Shown: positions 12,941 to 25,874 of the stretch, piece after piece
Numbering within the stretch: the first letter of the stretch is position 1
Layout: every line of letters begins with the position of its first letter
DNA from: Eledone cirrhosa
Taxonomy: Eukaryota
Assembly: GCA_964016885.1 (NCBI GenBank)
Contig: OZ024740.1
Coordinates: 72,726,001 to 72,790,000, forward strand
DNA: 64,000 nucleotides
Direction: 5' to 3'
Made by a program: the position numbers and the translations under genes
The notes under the pieces: model-generated
Databases searched by the model: none
What the model was told of the DNA's origin: nothing
The model's input: the letters and a program-made list of their open reading frames with translations, nothing else

Positions 12941-13031
12941 GTGTGTGTGTATGTACATATATATATATATTGTGTATGTATATATTTGAATACAGATGTG
13001 CGCGCACACACACACATGTATTATATATATG

Positions 13032-13107
<76 letters not shown>

Positions 13108-13240
13108 TATGATATATATAGAGATAAATAGATATATGTATATATACATATACACATATACATGCAGACATATATATACATACATGCAGACATATATATA
13201 TATACATACTTACATATATACATTATACCCCCCCCCCCAC

Positions 13241-13285
<45 letters not shown>

Positions 13286-14424
13286 GTCTGAGGCTATCTG
13301 CGATGTGTAATGTGTTTTCAATTTATTAGATGAACAAGCTCTAACAAGATAGATGTTAAATAAATAACAGCCATTTTGAAATAAATATGAATAAATAATA
13401 AATAAAGATATTTGAATAATGAATTCCTTATAGACATATATACTGTTTGACATGATTACATAGAGCAGTATGCCGCCACACTAACCACAAATAACCATGA
13501 TCTAGACAGAATAGAAAAAAAAAATGAGGTAAACACATCGTTTGTTATATAATTGTTATCGTATGCCCAGTGTGTGTTTGGTTGTATTATACGAATATTT
13601 GAATATATTCAACCTTTACTGGGCGGAGGTGAAGCGTCCTCTGACCAACGTTAATATTTACATACAAGACACTGTCATGTCTCTCTATATATTATATATA
13701 TATATTATATATCATATTATATATATCGTAATAAACCTTTAGTTTGATCCGTGTGCTGCAAAACATAAAACATATTCCGACCAATTGATGTATATAGTAG
13801 CACATTTGAATGTCTATCAATAGTTTTTTTATTGAAATATTTTCCTTTTTAGAAACGTACCACCGACCCAATGCAATTCTCGTCTGCTATTTTCGTTCGT
13901 TATGCAAAAAAAAAAAAAAAAAAGAATAATTAAATAAAAACGAACAGTCACGAGCAATTTTTTTTTCCTTCTATTTTTGTTTTTGAAAAAATTTGTATTC
14001 TGAAAACACAATTTTCAGAATATAGAATTGAGTTTTAGTTTGAATGAGTTTTCATTTGGGCATGTATGTGTGCGGGGTGGGGAGAAATTCCTCGGCAGAT
14101 TTGGTTGATTGTTTTTGTTTTAACCAGGTATAGCACTTCTTATATTTGTTTTTCATTTTTAATTTTCATTTCTTTTCAATTATTTTTTTCTTTAATTTTT
14201 CATAATGATTAAAAAAAACAACAACAACAACAAAAAAAAACATACTGGAGCAGTTATTTGCCATTGGTCAAGATTAAGATACCATTACCATCCAAAGGAT
14301 AAAGGACCTCTTCCACTCGATATTTGGGTTTTATTTAAAACCATAAAGCATTGTTGCTGTTGTGGTGGTTGTATCTCTCAGTCTCATCATAAGAACTAAC
14401 GAATCACCCCAGAAGACAAAACAG

Positions 14425-14495
14425 CTTCGTGATGGAAACTTCGTGATGGAAACTTCGTGATGGAAACTTCGTGATGGAAACTTCGTGATGGAAAC
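14425..14495 (+). repeat. Perfect 14-bp tandem repeat x5 (CTTCGTGATGGAAA)
   Basis: Units start at 14425, 14439, 14453, 14467 and 14481. Confidence 0.95.
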
Positions 14496-16235
14496 ATGTT
14501 AGCAAACGAAGAGTATTAAACGATGATTTTGTTTTGTTATACAACATGTATCATACAGCGCAACATGGTATTAATGGTGACATTGCTGTTAAATACACTA
14601 GATGTATTGTATGTATGTATGTATGTATGTATGTATGTATGTATGTATGTATGTATGTATGTATGTATGTATGTATGTATGTATGTATGTATGCATGTAT
14701 GCATGTGTGTATGTGTGTATGTATGTATGTATGTGTGTATATATGTATGTATGTGTGTATGTGTGTATGTGTGTATGTATGTGTGTATGTATGTATGTAT
14801 GTATCTATGTTACTATGTGTGTATGTGTGTATGTATGTATGTATGTGGGTATGTATGTATGTATGTATGTGTGTATGTGTGTAGTATGTATGTATGTATG
14901 TATGCATGTATGCATGTATGTATCTATGTATGTATGTGTGTATGTATGTATGTATGTATGTATGTATGTATGTATGTGTGTATGTGTGTATGTATGTGTG
15001 TGTGTGTATGTATGTATATATGTATGCATGTATGCATGTATGTATCTATGTATGTATGTGTGTATGTATGCATGTGTGTGTGTCTATATGTTGTCCTTAT
15101 GTGTATGTATGAACGTATGTATGTATTTATGGTGTATGTTTGTATGTATGCATTTGTATGTTTATCGCTCTATGTGTATGTATGTGTGTCTGTCCGTCTG
15201 TATGTATGTATATATACTGTATATATATGTATATATGCATTTATGTATGTGAGTATATACGTACATATGTATATATTCACACATCTATGCATGCATGTAT
15301 GTATATATATGTACGTATGCATATATTTACGCATGTATGCATACATATATGCTTGTATGTATGTATGTATGTATGTATGTATGTATGTTTGTATGTATGT
15401 GTGTATGTATGTATGTATGTATGTATGTATGCATGCATGCATGTATGTATGTATTACGTAAGTATGTATATGAGTGTTTATAAATGCTGTGTATTGTTGG
15501 AGATAATTTAAGGGATTTGATTGAAAATTTGATAGGGAATTTATTTAAATAGGGTCAGGGGAAGATGAGATTCAGAGCTGAACAAGGATGAATGGGGGGG
15601 GGGGGGGGGGGGGGGGGGCAGAGAGAAACATCACCAAATTTCGCCGTTTATCTCAGTTCATTGTCTCATAGAGAGAATCAGCTTAATCAGTGTTACATTT
15701 AACCATATTGTAGTTGTTTTGGTTGCTATAGATAACTGTAGGATTTCTTTTTCTCTTGCTTAAGTTGATATGTTTTAATTTTCACAAAATAATAAAAAAA
15801 AAAAATGCTGTTGTTTTCAACGTATTTGTGAGAACAATTTTATAAATCACCCTGAAAAAATGTCTGTGGTATTTTTAATGGCCTGATAAGGTATTTTTTT
15901 AGGAGGATGTAATGTAATGTCATATTATAATCATCCTTCAAACAATGTTTGTGGTATTTTTTAATGGCCTGATAGCGTTTCGTATGATGATAATGTCATA
16001 TTAAAATCATCGTGGAAAAACTCCTATGGTATATATATATATCGATATATATTGAATGGCCGCCACGATAGTGGTGAATGTCGACGATGGAATGTAGAGA
16101 GGTAGAGACGTATCAATAGTAGCAGCAAGCAACAGAAGTAACAGCCGAATGGGAGCAACGCCAGGTTTTATCCCTTAGAGTCATCGTCGTCGGAGGAGGA
16201 AGATGTGTGTTGAGTCCATTACGAAGAAGGTCCAT

Positions 16236-16300
16236 CTATTCCGATGGATAATTGTCACTGTGTTGACTGTCCGATTCACTCGCCCAAAGTGACGGAGGAC
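16236..16300 (-). CDS. Awh: Candidate last coding exon of Awh (xS-PPSLWASESDSQHSDNYPSE*)
   Basis: Strong polypyrimidine acceptor cttcttttctttttttcctattaacag ending at 16301. Phase 1 matches the donor at 45810. Unique, more GC-rich sequence followed by unique UTR-like sequence. No transcript evidence. Confidence 0.5.
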
Positions 16301-16588
16301 CTGTTAATAGGAAAAAAAGAAAAGAAGGGAGATAAGTCGATTGTCCTGTATATACATATATTGTATTTTCATAACATTTTAAATTAATTACTTATAAAAG
16401 TCTAATCATGCACTAATCATGACAGATTTGTATATATATATATCCTGAACATTTCATATATGTGTATATATGAAATATATAAGGACACGCACTCATACAT
16501 ATATATACATATATGTATGTATATCCTGGAGATTTCTAAATAACATTGAAACGAGGAGTATATTGAGGAGTGGAATATTCACCCCCCC

Positions 16589-16690
<102 letters not shown>

Positions 16691-16857
16691 GGAGTGGATA
16701 GTCGAGACTGCACCAATGTATATATAAATATACACATCTAATATTTAAACATGTAAACATACCAGAAAATATGAATTTCCCAATAAATTGAAAATTTATC
16801 ATTTTTTTCAATTATAGAGAAAACTATATTTTATAGCTTGTTTACATGTTTGTATAT

Positions 16858-16912
<55 letters not shown>

Positions 16913-17045
16913 ACGTCAATACACATCTTTTTCCATTTCTCCTAGGGTTCTTAACCCCACTATCAGGCTAAATAATTTCCTTTAATTTCTTTAGTCAAAA
17001 GACGGCGATAGCTTACATTTATAATATATACATATATATATATAT

Positions 17046-17224
17046 AAATGGTTTCTACAGGACTAGAACTGTTTCATTCGAAGGAAATGATCAGGGCTTT
17101 CCTGATGATTTCCTTCGAATGAAACAGTTCTAGTCCTGTAGAAGCCATTTCTATATTAAATATTTATACTCTGCTATGTAAGTACCTTACTTACTGTGGC
17201 TACCCCCGATTGAACCCTGGATAC
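17046..17224 (+). mobile_element. Family C hammerhead-bearing short element
   Basis: 3' part gagtaccttacttactgtggytacc..cgattgaacc recurs at 22146-22215 (+), 43711-43765 (-) and 50355-50497 (-), each beside TA/CA tracts. Confidence 0.7.
17095..17146 (+). ncRNA. Type I hammerhead ribozyme candidate (family C), intact core
   Basis: GGCTTTC-CTGATGA-TTTC(CTTC)GAAT-GAAA-CAG(TTCTAGTC)CTG-TA-GAAGCC. It is the right arm of fold-back 17046-17150, whose left arm has CTGATCA. Confidence 0.7.
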
Positions 17225-17277
17225 ATACACACACATATATATATGGGTGTCTGTGTAGTAGTAGTAGTAGTAATATG

Positions 17278-17395
<118 letters not shown>

Positions 17396-17691
17396 TGGAT
17401 CGATCGACTTTCGTCGATACTTTCCTCAGTAGGATTTCTTTCACACTATCAAGCTGTCACCAAGAAGTTGGCCTCTGTGGCCTCATTGATAGGTTTTTAT
17501 TGTTAATCGGTCTTTAATCACTAATATACCTACCATTTTGATATGGAAACTGCTATTTGTTTATTCTTGTGTTCTGGAGACAGAATGAGTGATACTGATA
17601 AATAGCCAGCTTGTAGAGTCATTGTAGAGACTTGTACAGTTGATTTGTGTGTCATTAAGATATAGTAAAGTGTCTCAAACAGAGACCTTCG

Positions 17692-17764
<73 letters not shown>

Positions 17765-17811
17765 TCCCCTTCTCTATCTCTCTCTCTCTCGCTTCCCCTT
17801 CTCTCTCTCGC

Positions 17812-17888
<77 letters not shown>

Positions 17889-18340
17889 GCCAGTCAAACG
17901 ACCATCATAACATTATAGAATAGAAGTACAGTAAATACCATATTTCGAATCATTCAACACATGCATACATCCCAACAACTTAAGCTTTGTTTTCATTACA
18001 TTGTCAACAAGCCTCGTAACAGGTTAATTAATTAATAAACGACTTTTAAGTAACGATCATGTTTTATTTATTCATTGAACGGCATTTCACACAACGCTTT
18101 ATATGGGACAGGCTTACCTTATACCTAATCACCCATCAAAGCCAACAACAAATTTCAACTTCAAACCTGCACACCACAATGAACACAAACCACCGAACAA
18201 CGGACAAATATTAGTTCTATCCATCGATAACTTCATTCGCTACCTTGGTAACCTCTATCGCTACATCTACAATACATCTTATCGTCACATCCAAAATTAC
18301 TTCGTTACAGTATATCAAATGAATCCCGCATCTCATATGC

Positions 18341-18414
18341 ATTTTATCTGACGAGAACATGTTTTAGATTATGTTATACATAAGCATGCATCTACGAAAT
18401 ACGTATAATAAAAT
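18341..18414 (+). ncRNA. Type I hammerhead ribozyme candidate, intact core, long stem II
   Basis: ATTTTAT-CTGACGA-G...C-GAAA-TACGTA-TA-ATAAAAT: perfect 7-bp stem I, G-C stem II closure, palindromic stem III, AUA site. Confidence 0.75.
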
Positions 18415-18463
18415 ATATAGAGATGATCTAAAGTAACTATCTTTTGTTTATTATTATCATTAT

Positions 18464-18587
<124 letters not shown>

Positions 18588-18779
18588 CGAAGGAAGTGTG
18601 GTAAGGAACCAGGTGGACCATAACGCAACAGAGTACTCGATACTTAGGGTAGTAGAGTGGGTAATAGGAAAAGAGTCAGGACCTCGACAGCTGAGCTCCG
18701 GCTGTTTCGACAGCTAGATCCGAAATGACAGCTGTCAAAACGGCGGAGCTCAGCTGTCGGGGTCCTGATTCTTTTCCTA

Positions 18780-18810
<31 letters not shown>

Positions 18811-18928
18811 GTATGCAACCAGAGGCGTAACTAGTATGCATGTATATATGTATGTATATATGTATATATGTAGTATGTATGTATGTATGTATGTATGTAT
18901 GTATGTATGTATGTATGTATATATGTAG

Positions 18929-18962
<34 letters not shown>

Positions 18963-19653
18963 TGTATGTATGTATGTATGTATGTATGTATGTATATGTG
19001 AGCCCGTGTCTCCTGATGGAGTCATAGGGGCACCGTGGTAATTTTGGTACTTTAAATCTGTTTGAGTCTCTTCTCTAGGTCTCAACATGAATTCTTCCAG
19101 AGAGTAATAGAGAGGAAGTAAGAAACCCATGGAGAGGATGAACCAACCCCAGAACTGGGCTGGTATTTTATTTATCGACTTCAAAAGGATTAAATGCAAG
19201 TTTACTTCGATGGGATTTTAACTGAGAGTGTAGAGAGACAGGACAAATAGCAGAGAACATTCCATCCGACGTTCTAATGACTGACAAGGTGGTTACATCT
19301 GTCTTTACATACACTAACGGTTATAGATATAGCTTAGATTGCGTTATATGAATATATATATATAGGAAAAAGTTTAACCCCGACGGCAGAGCTCAATTCG
19401 TTTCGACGGAGAAATAGCCGTCGAAACGGCTTGAGCTCTGCCGTCGGGGTTAAACTTTTTCCTATTACCCACTCTACTACGTATTGAGTACTCCTGTGCG
19501 TTATGGTCCATCTGGTTCCTTACCACACCTCCTTCGTTAGATATATAGATATGTGTGTGTGTGTGTGTGTGTATGAATGTAAAAGGTAAACAGAAATAAC
19601 AACACAATCTGTACAGTATATGGAAGGAATATATTAGGTTAACACTTGAAATA

Positions 19654-19746
<93 letters not shown>

Positions 19747-20272
19747 TAATATTAACGTACCAGTCAAATAGAATTCGCCCAATATCACCGTTTGCCACTC
19801 ACTCCATCGTTTTACAGAAATCGTATTTTGTAAATACAAATCCTTATATCATACTACATGCACACAATACATTACTTAGTGGAACAAACAGTGTTGGGTG
19901 GGAACTACGTGGTTTCAACACTACATTCCACATCTGGTGAGTGGCTATGCAAAACACCATGCACGGAAACTACGTGGTAATCCCGAAAATATCCAGAGAA
20001 TTTACGCAGATAGGACTGGTCGAGCGAATTATCAACGGAGTTTAGTCCTAATATTCTATCGAAGAGGTCTGTTCATGATAGCAGCAGTGACTGAACGTAG
20101 CGGTCTAAGACAACAGCATCATCATCAGCATCATCATCATATATATATATATATATATATATCAAAATAAATTAACGGAGTCATAGACTCGCGTTAGTCC
20201 CTGTAAATTATGTGCTCAAAGGAAAAGGAATCCTGGGCTCTTCAAATACAATATGTAGAAAAGATAACACAC

Positions 20273-20327
<55 letters not shown>

Positions 20328-20953
20328 TGTGCTATTAATAAACAGGGAAAACCACCAGTGTATGGAATCTATAAACTACGAAAGGTGAGGTAGACACATA
20401 ATAATTAAAAATATAAATCAAAATGAATACTGAATCAAAACATAAAATGTGTTTAGAATTTTGTGTTTCTCAATAATCAAGCTCAATAGAGTTTATCTAG
20501 AGACATGACCAAATAAAGAGATATATGTATATACACCTGTGTACATATTCTGTAGAGTGTGTATTTGGTATATATACAATTCTTGTGCGATTCTCTCTCT
20601 GTATATACATATATCTCTTTATTTGGTTATATATATATATATATATATACAGTATATATATATATATATCATATATATCATCCCAACTTCAGAATCTTTC
20701 CCCTCTACAAATTTAAAGATAATGCCACCCACACCCAGCGCATCAGCAAGGAATCTTACTTCATTAACAAATACGGACTCCGTCTAAACACTTCTCCCTA
20801 AAACGAACCCACAACATACACACGTCAACATACATACCTACATCAGCACACATCTCTACCCACATATAAACACAATGTCATACGTAAACACACATGCTCT
20901 ATGGTGCAACACAAGAAAATATATGCGCACATATATGTATGTATATATATGTA

Positions 20954-21011
<58 letters not shown>

Positions 21012-21163
21012 ATGTATGTATGTGTATATATATATAGTGAATATCATTTCACACCTTTTATTGTTAAGATTTTTGATGTTCTATTAAGAGAACCGATTTT
21101 ACTGAAAAAATCGAATAATGTACACCATTTTACCAGGGGAAAAAAATAAAATACTGGTCCACC

Positions 21164-21197
<34 letters not shown>

Positions 21198-21380
21198 CAC
21201 ACACACATACACACGCGTACATCAACATACAAAGAAACTTATATATACACACACACACACACGCACTTCTCCGTATAAGACAAAAGCTGAAAAATATCTT
21301 TTGACATGCTAAAATACACCCCATTGCTTTCAGACACATTCTTACTGACCATCCCTGCCACCAACCACGAATTACTCTGC

Positions 21381-21411
<31 letters not shown>

Positions 21412-21484
21412 TTATTTTAATAGCCATTTGACACACATCGCTGCTAACCATTATCACAACATCGAACACCTTACTACTACTACT

Positions 21485-21592
<108 letters not shown>

Positions 21593-21617
21593 TTGTTGTG
21601 AAAGAGTCATTTCTCAA

Positions 21618-21834
21618 TCTTGGCGCAAAACCAATTTTTTATTCACATGACCTCTACCGACCAATCAAAATTGTTTTGACCACAAGAATTTTTGCTGGAG
21701 CCACTTTTTTAACATAAAAACAGTCTTGGCGCAAAATCAATTTTTTACATTCACATGACCTCTACCGACCAATCAAAATTGTTTTGACCACAAGAATTTT
21801 TGCAATTGGAGCCACTTTTTTAACATAAAAACAG
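21618..21834 (+). repeat. ~106-bp tandem duplication
   Basis: tcttggcgcaaaa...gacctctaccgaccaatcaaaattg...aacataaaaacag at 21618 and 21724. Confidence 0.9.
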
Positions 21835-22087
21835 GCAGAATTCCCAAAACTAATCAGATCAGAGCAAACAGCACGGACACTATCTCAAAATTATTTTTGA
21901 AAAGCATTTAGAAATGCGCAACCGGTAAAAACTTAAAAACTTAAAACCACAACTGAATACTAACCCATACAATCACTAATACTCTTTTATTCCTAATTAA
22001 ACCATTTTTCAACTGTGAACAATTTGTCAGCATTTTCTATTCCGTTTACCAATATATAATAACTTGTGTGTTACACCTCTATTCTTT

Positions 22088-22148
<61 letters not shown>

Positions 22149-22514
22149 AGTACCTTGAGTGCTATGTATTGAGTACCTTACTTACTGTGGTTACCCTCGA
22201 TTGAACCCGGGATACACACACACACACACATACACATATATGACTTAAGTCCTTAGTAATAGTGGGTTTATATGAAGTGTCTTTGTGGACATTTAAAGAG
22301 GGTATTAGTTACTGATGAATTCATCACACAGTATTGAAAATATTTCGGGTGTTTCTTCGTTTTTCTTTCCACGGAGATATTATATCTAAAAATAAAACAT
22401 TTATGTCTAGCTATTACATCATCATCATCAAGCTCAGAACCTCTGATGAGACAGAACGTGAACCTAATAAACCTTTATTTGTCTGCCTCTCTCTTTTGTT
22501 CCCGTCTAAATTTG

Positions 22515-22602
<88 letters not shown>

Positions 22603-22603
22603 T

Positions 22604-22731
22604 TATAAGAAAGTGATGGAATATATTCATACAGGCATAAGTGTGCACTAAGACATATCAAAACTTAGAACTAGAGATATGTCTTAGTGCACACTTATGT
22701 GTGTATGAATATATTTCAATCACTTTCTTAT
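22604..22731. repeat. Fold-back (~55-bp arms) next to a (TA)n tract
   Basis: tataagaaagtgat...gtgtgcactaagacatatc / gatatgtcttagtgcacac...atcactttcttata. Confidence 0.85.
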
Positions 22732-22822
22732 ACTGATTAAGGCTCGATTTTATTCTCTGAATTCTATCTTGATCAGTTTTTAGAGACAAGACAAGTAATA
22801 ATAATAATAATAATAATAATAA

Positions 22823-22990
22823 TTGTTTCTACTTTTGGCACAGTACATTACTGGTACTTTATTTTATCGACCCCGTAAGGATGAAAGGCAAAGTTGACCT
22901 CGCCGGGATTTGAACTCAGAATGGAAAGGGCCGTAGCTCTATGCACCAAAGCATGACGTCCGACCATCTACCGATATTGCCAATCCACCA
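22823..22990 (-). mobile_element. SINE family 2, young subfamily
   Basis: Shares ccttacggggtcgataaaataaagtaccagtaat with 35621-35730, 46290-46458, 48482-48620, 58720-58910 (+) and 59330-59522. Confidence 0.8.
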
Positions 22991-23511
22991 GAAAAAGAGA
23001 GAGAGGGAGAGGGAGATCGAGGGCTGTAAGATATAATCGAAGACTAAGATATGATCTCAGATTGAAAGATATGATCGAATACTGTAAAATATGATCTAAG
23101 ACGTATGTGAAGAGTCAATGCCAGAGTTAACATTATTTGAACAGTATTTTTATCTGATAATAGGTTTCCATATTCAATATATTGTGAATCGTAGATGTAA
23201 TAATATACTTTCAGCAGCAGACGACTTAACTACCAACAATACCAGCACCAACACCACCCCACCACTAGCACAACCATCACCACTAACACTACCAGCACTA
23301 GCACCTGCACCACTACCACCAGCACCACCATTGCCATCGCCACCACCATCTCCACCACCATCGCCACTAACACTATGACCACCACCACTACCAGCGCCGA
23401 AGGGCAAGAATGATAGGCAGTGTGATAGAGAGAGAACGAGAAAGAGAGAAAGAGAGAGAGAGAGATAAATAGATAGATAGATAGATAGATAGATAGAGAG
23501 AGAGATAGAGC

Positions 23512-23635
<124 letters not shown>

Positions 23636-24581
23636 CGTGTGAGGAAGAGGAATATTGCAAAGTTGGAGTTCTCCAGAGTTTGAGGCAGTTATGTTGTTCT
23701 CGCCTGGAGGAAAGCAAGTAAGCAACCCAGAGGCGTTCTAACATCTTCCTTGCAGGGGAAAAGACCTTTCCCTCAAGGTTAAAATAATAACTGCACAACT
23801 ATCATATATTTACTGTTGTCTTGTCTAATCCACCTACTTCTGCTTTAAACCGTCGCCACATAACACACCACATCATCACCATTACACACACCACACCACC
23901 ACCACCACCACCACCACCACTACCATACCATACTACACCAGACTACACCACAGTCCATCAACCCCACTACACCTCACCACAACAATACCAGCACCTAACT
24001 ACATCACCACAGGCAACAGAAACACCACCACTGCTCCTCACAAGCGCCACCACTACACCAGACCACACTGTGTGTGTGTGTTAGATCTCCATAAATTCCA
24101 ATGACGAGTGTTCCAGTTGTTCGAAGACCAGAACCGGCTGCTCATAAATTTGACTAGCAAGTGGCCGAGCATTCTTCAGACACATGCATCCTTGAAGTAG
24201 TCCTCAGGGAGATTCAGCGTGACACACTGTGTATCAAGGCTGGCCCTTTGAATTACAACTTATTCTTGCCAGTTGAGTGATCTGAATCACCGTGAAATAT
24301 TTTGCTTAAAGACTGAATATCGAACTGGCGACCTTACGATCGCAAGTCGAACACTTTCACCATAAAGCTACGCACCTTCACAACACCACACTACACCACA
24401 ACCACCATCACTCCTCTACTCCCGAACTACATCACACTACACGACAACGACGACGACCACCACCACCACCGCCACCACCAACTCCAGAATCTTTTCCTGC
24501 GTACCTGTCGTCTGCTGTGTCCGTATCGTCTGCTGCTCCCAACACCGACTTTAAAACTCTTGGATTGTTAATAATAACTGT

Positions 24582-24647
<66 letters not shown>

Positions 24648-24654
24648 ACACACA

Positions 24655-24685
<31 letters not shown>

Positions 24686-24987
24686 TGTATATATATATAT
24701 AAGAACATTTTATTTGGTTATAGGTTGCAGATATTGAGTTTTATTTTTTATTATAGATTAGTATGGACTGACGACTGGTGTATATTTAACGGTATTGAAT
24801 TATGATTGAGAAAATTGCAGATGGGTAGATAAATATGTATGTAGATAGGTACATACCCACATATTTATCTATATATATGTATATATATATATATATATAT
24901 TTATCTATATATATGTATATATATATATATATACATATTTATCTATATATATGTATATATATATATATATATACATATTTATCTATA

Positions 24988-25077
<90 letters not shown>

Positions 25078-25760
25078 TAGATAGATATAGATATAAATAT
25101 ATAGATAGCTATATATAGAGAGAGAGGAAGAAAAAGAAATAGATACATAGAGAGAGAGAGGGGAAGGTGGATAGAGAGATTATATAGCTAGATACCTAGA
25201 TAGACAGATAAATTGATAGTTAAAGAGAGAGAAAGAGGGAGTGAGAGAGAGAGAGCGTGAGTGGGAGTTAGGTGAGAGAATGTGCAATGAAAGAAGTGGA
25301 AAGGAGATGAGGGAATGAGAATTTGAAGGGGAGACACATAGAAAGAAAGAGAGAATGAGAGAGAAGATGTAGGACAAAAAGAAACAGAGAGAGGGATAGA
25401 GGGGCGAAAAAGAAGTGACCATTGTCTTACACCAGTGCTGTTGTTGTGCCCTTGTGGCAAATAAAAGAAAACATTAGTATTATTATTATGACCCCAAGAC
25501 AGACAAACTTACTCCCAAACCATTGCCACTAGCACTAGCATGTCTCTCTATAACTCTCTTTCTCTTTCTAGGCTTACTCTCATTCACTCTTTCTCTGATT
25601 TACTCGTAAACTCACACACTCTCTTTAAATCTCTCGTCTTTTCTCTTCTCTCTTCTTCTCACATTTAACCATATATTTACCCTCTCACTCTCTCTCTTTC
25701 TCTCGCTCTCACGTACTCCCAAGCTCAATCTCTTTCTCTTTCAGGGCTCACTCTAAATCT

Positions 25761-25822
<62 letters not shown>

Positions 25823-25843
25823 TTCTCTCTCTCTCTCTTTCTT

Positions 25844-25874
<31 letters not shown>

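Noticed and set aside
22443-22465. CTGATGAG as a hammerhead core (also 17410-17439 minus and ~60560-60596 minus)
   Set aside because: Stems or the GAAA/UH elements could not be completed convincingly; at best highly decayed.
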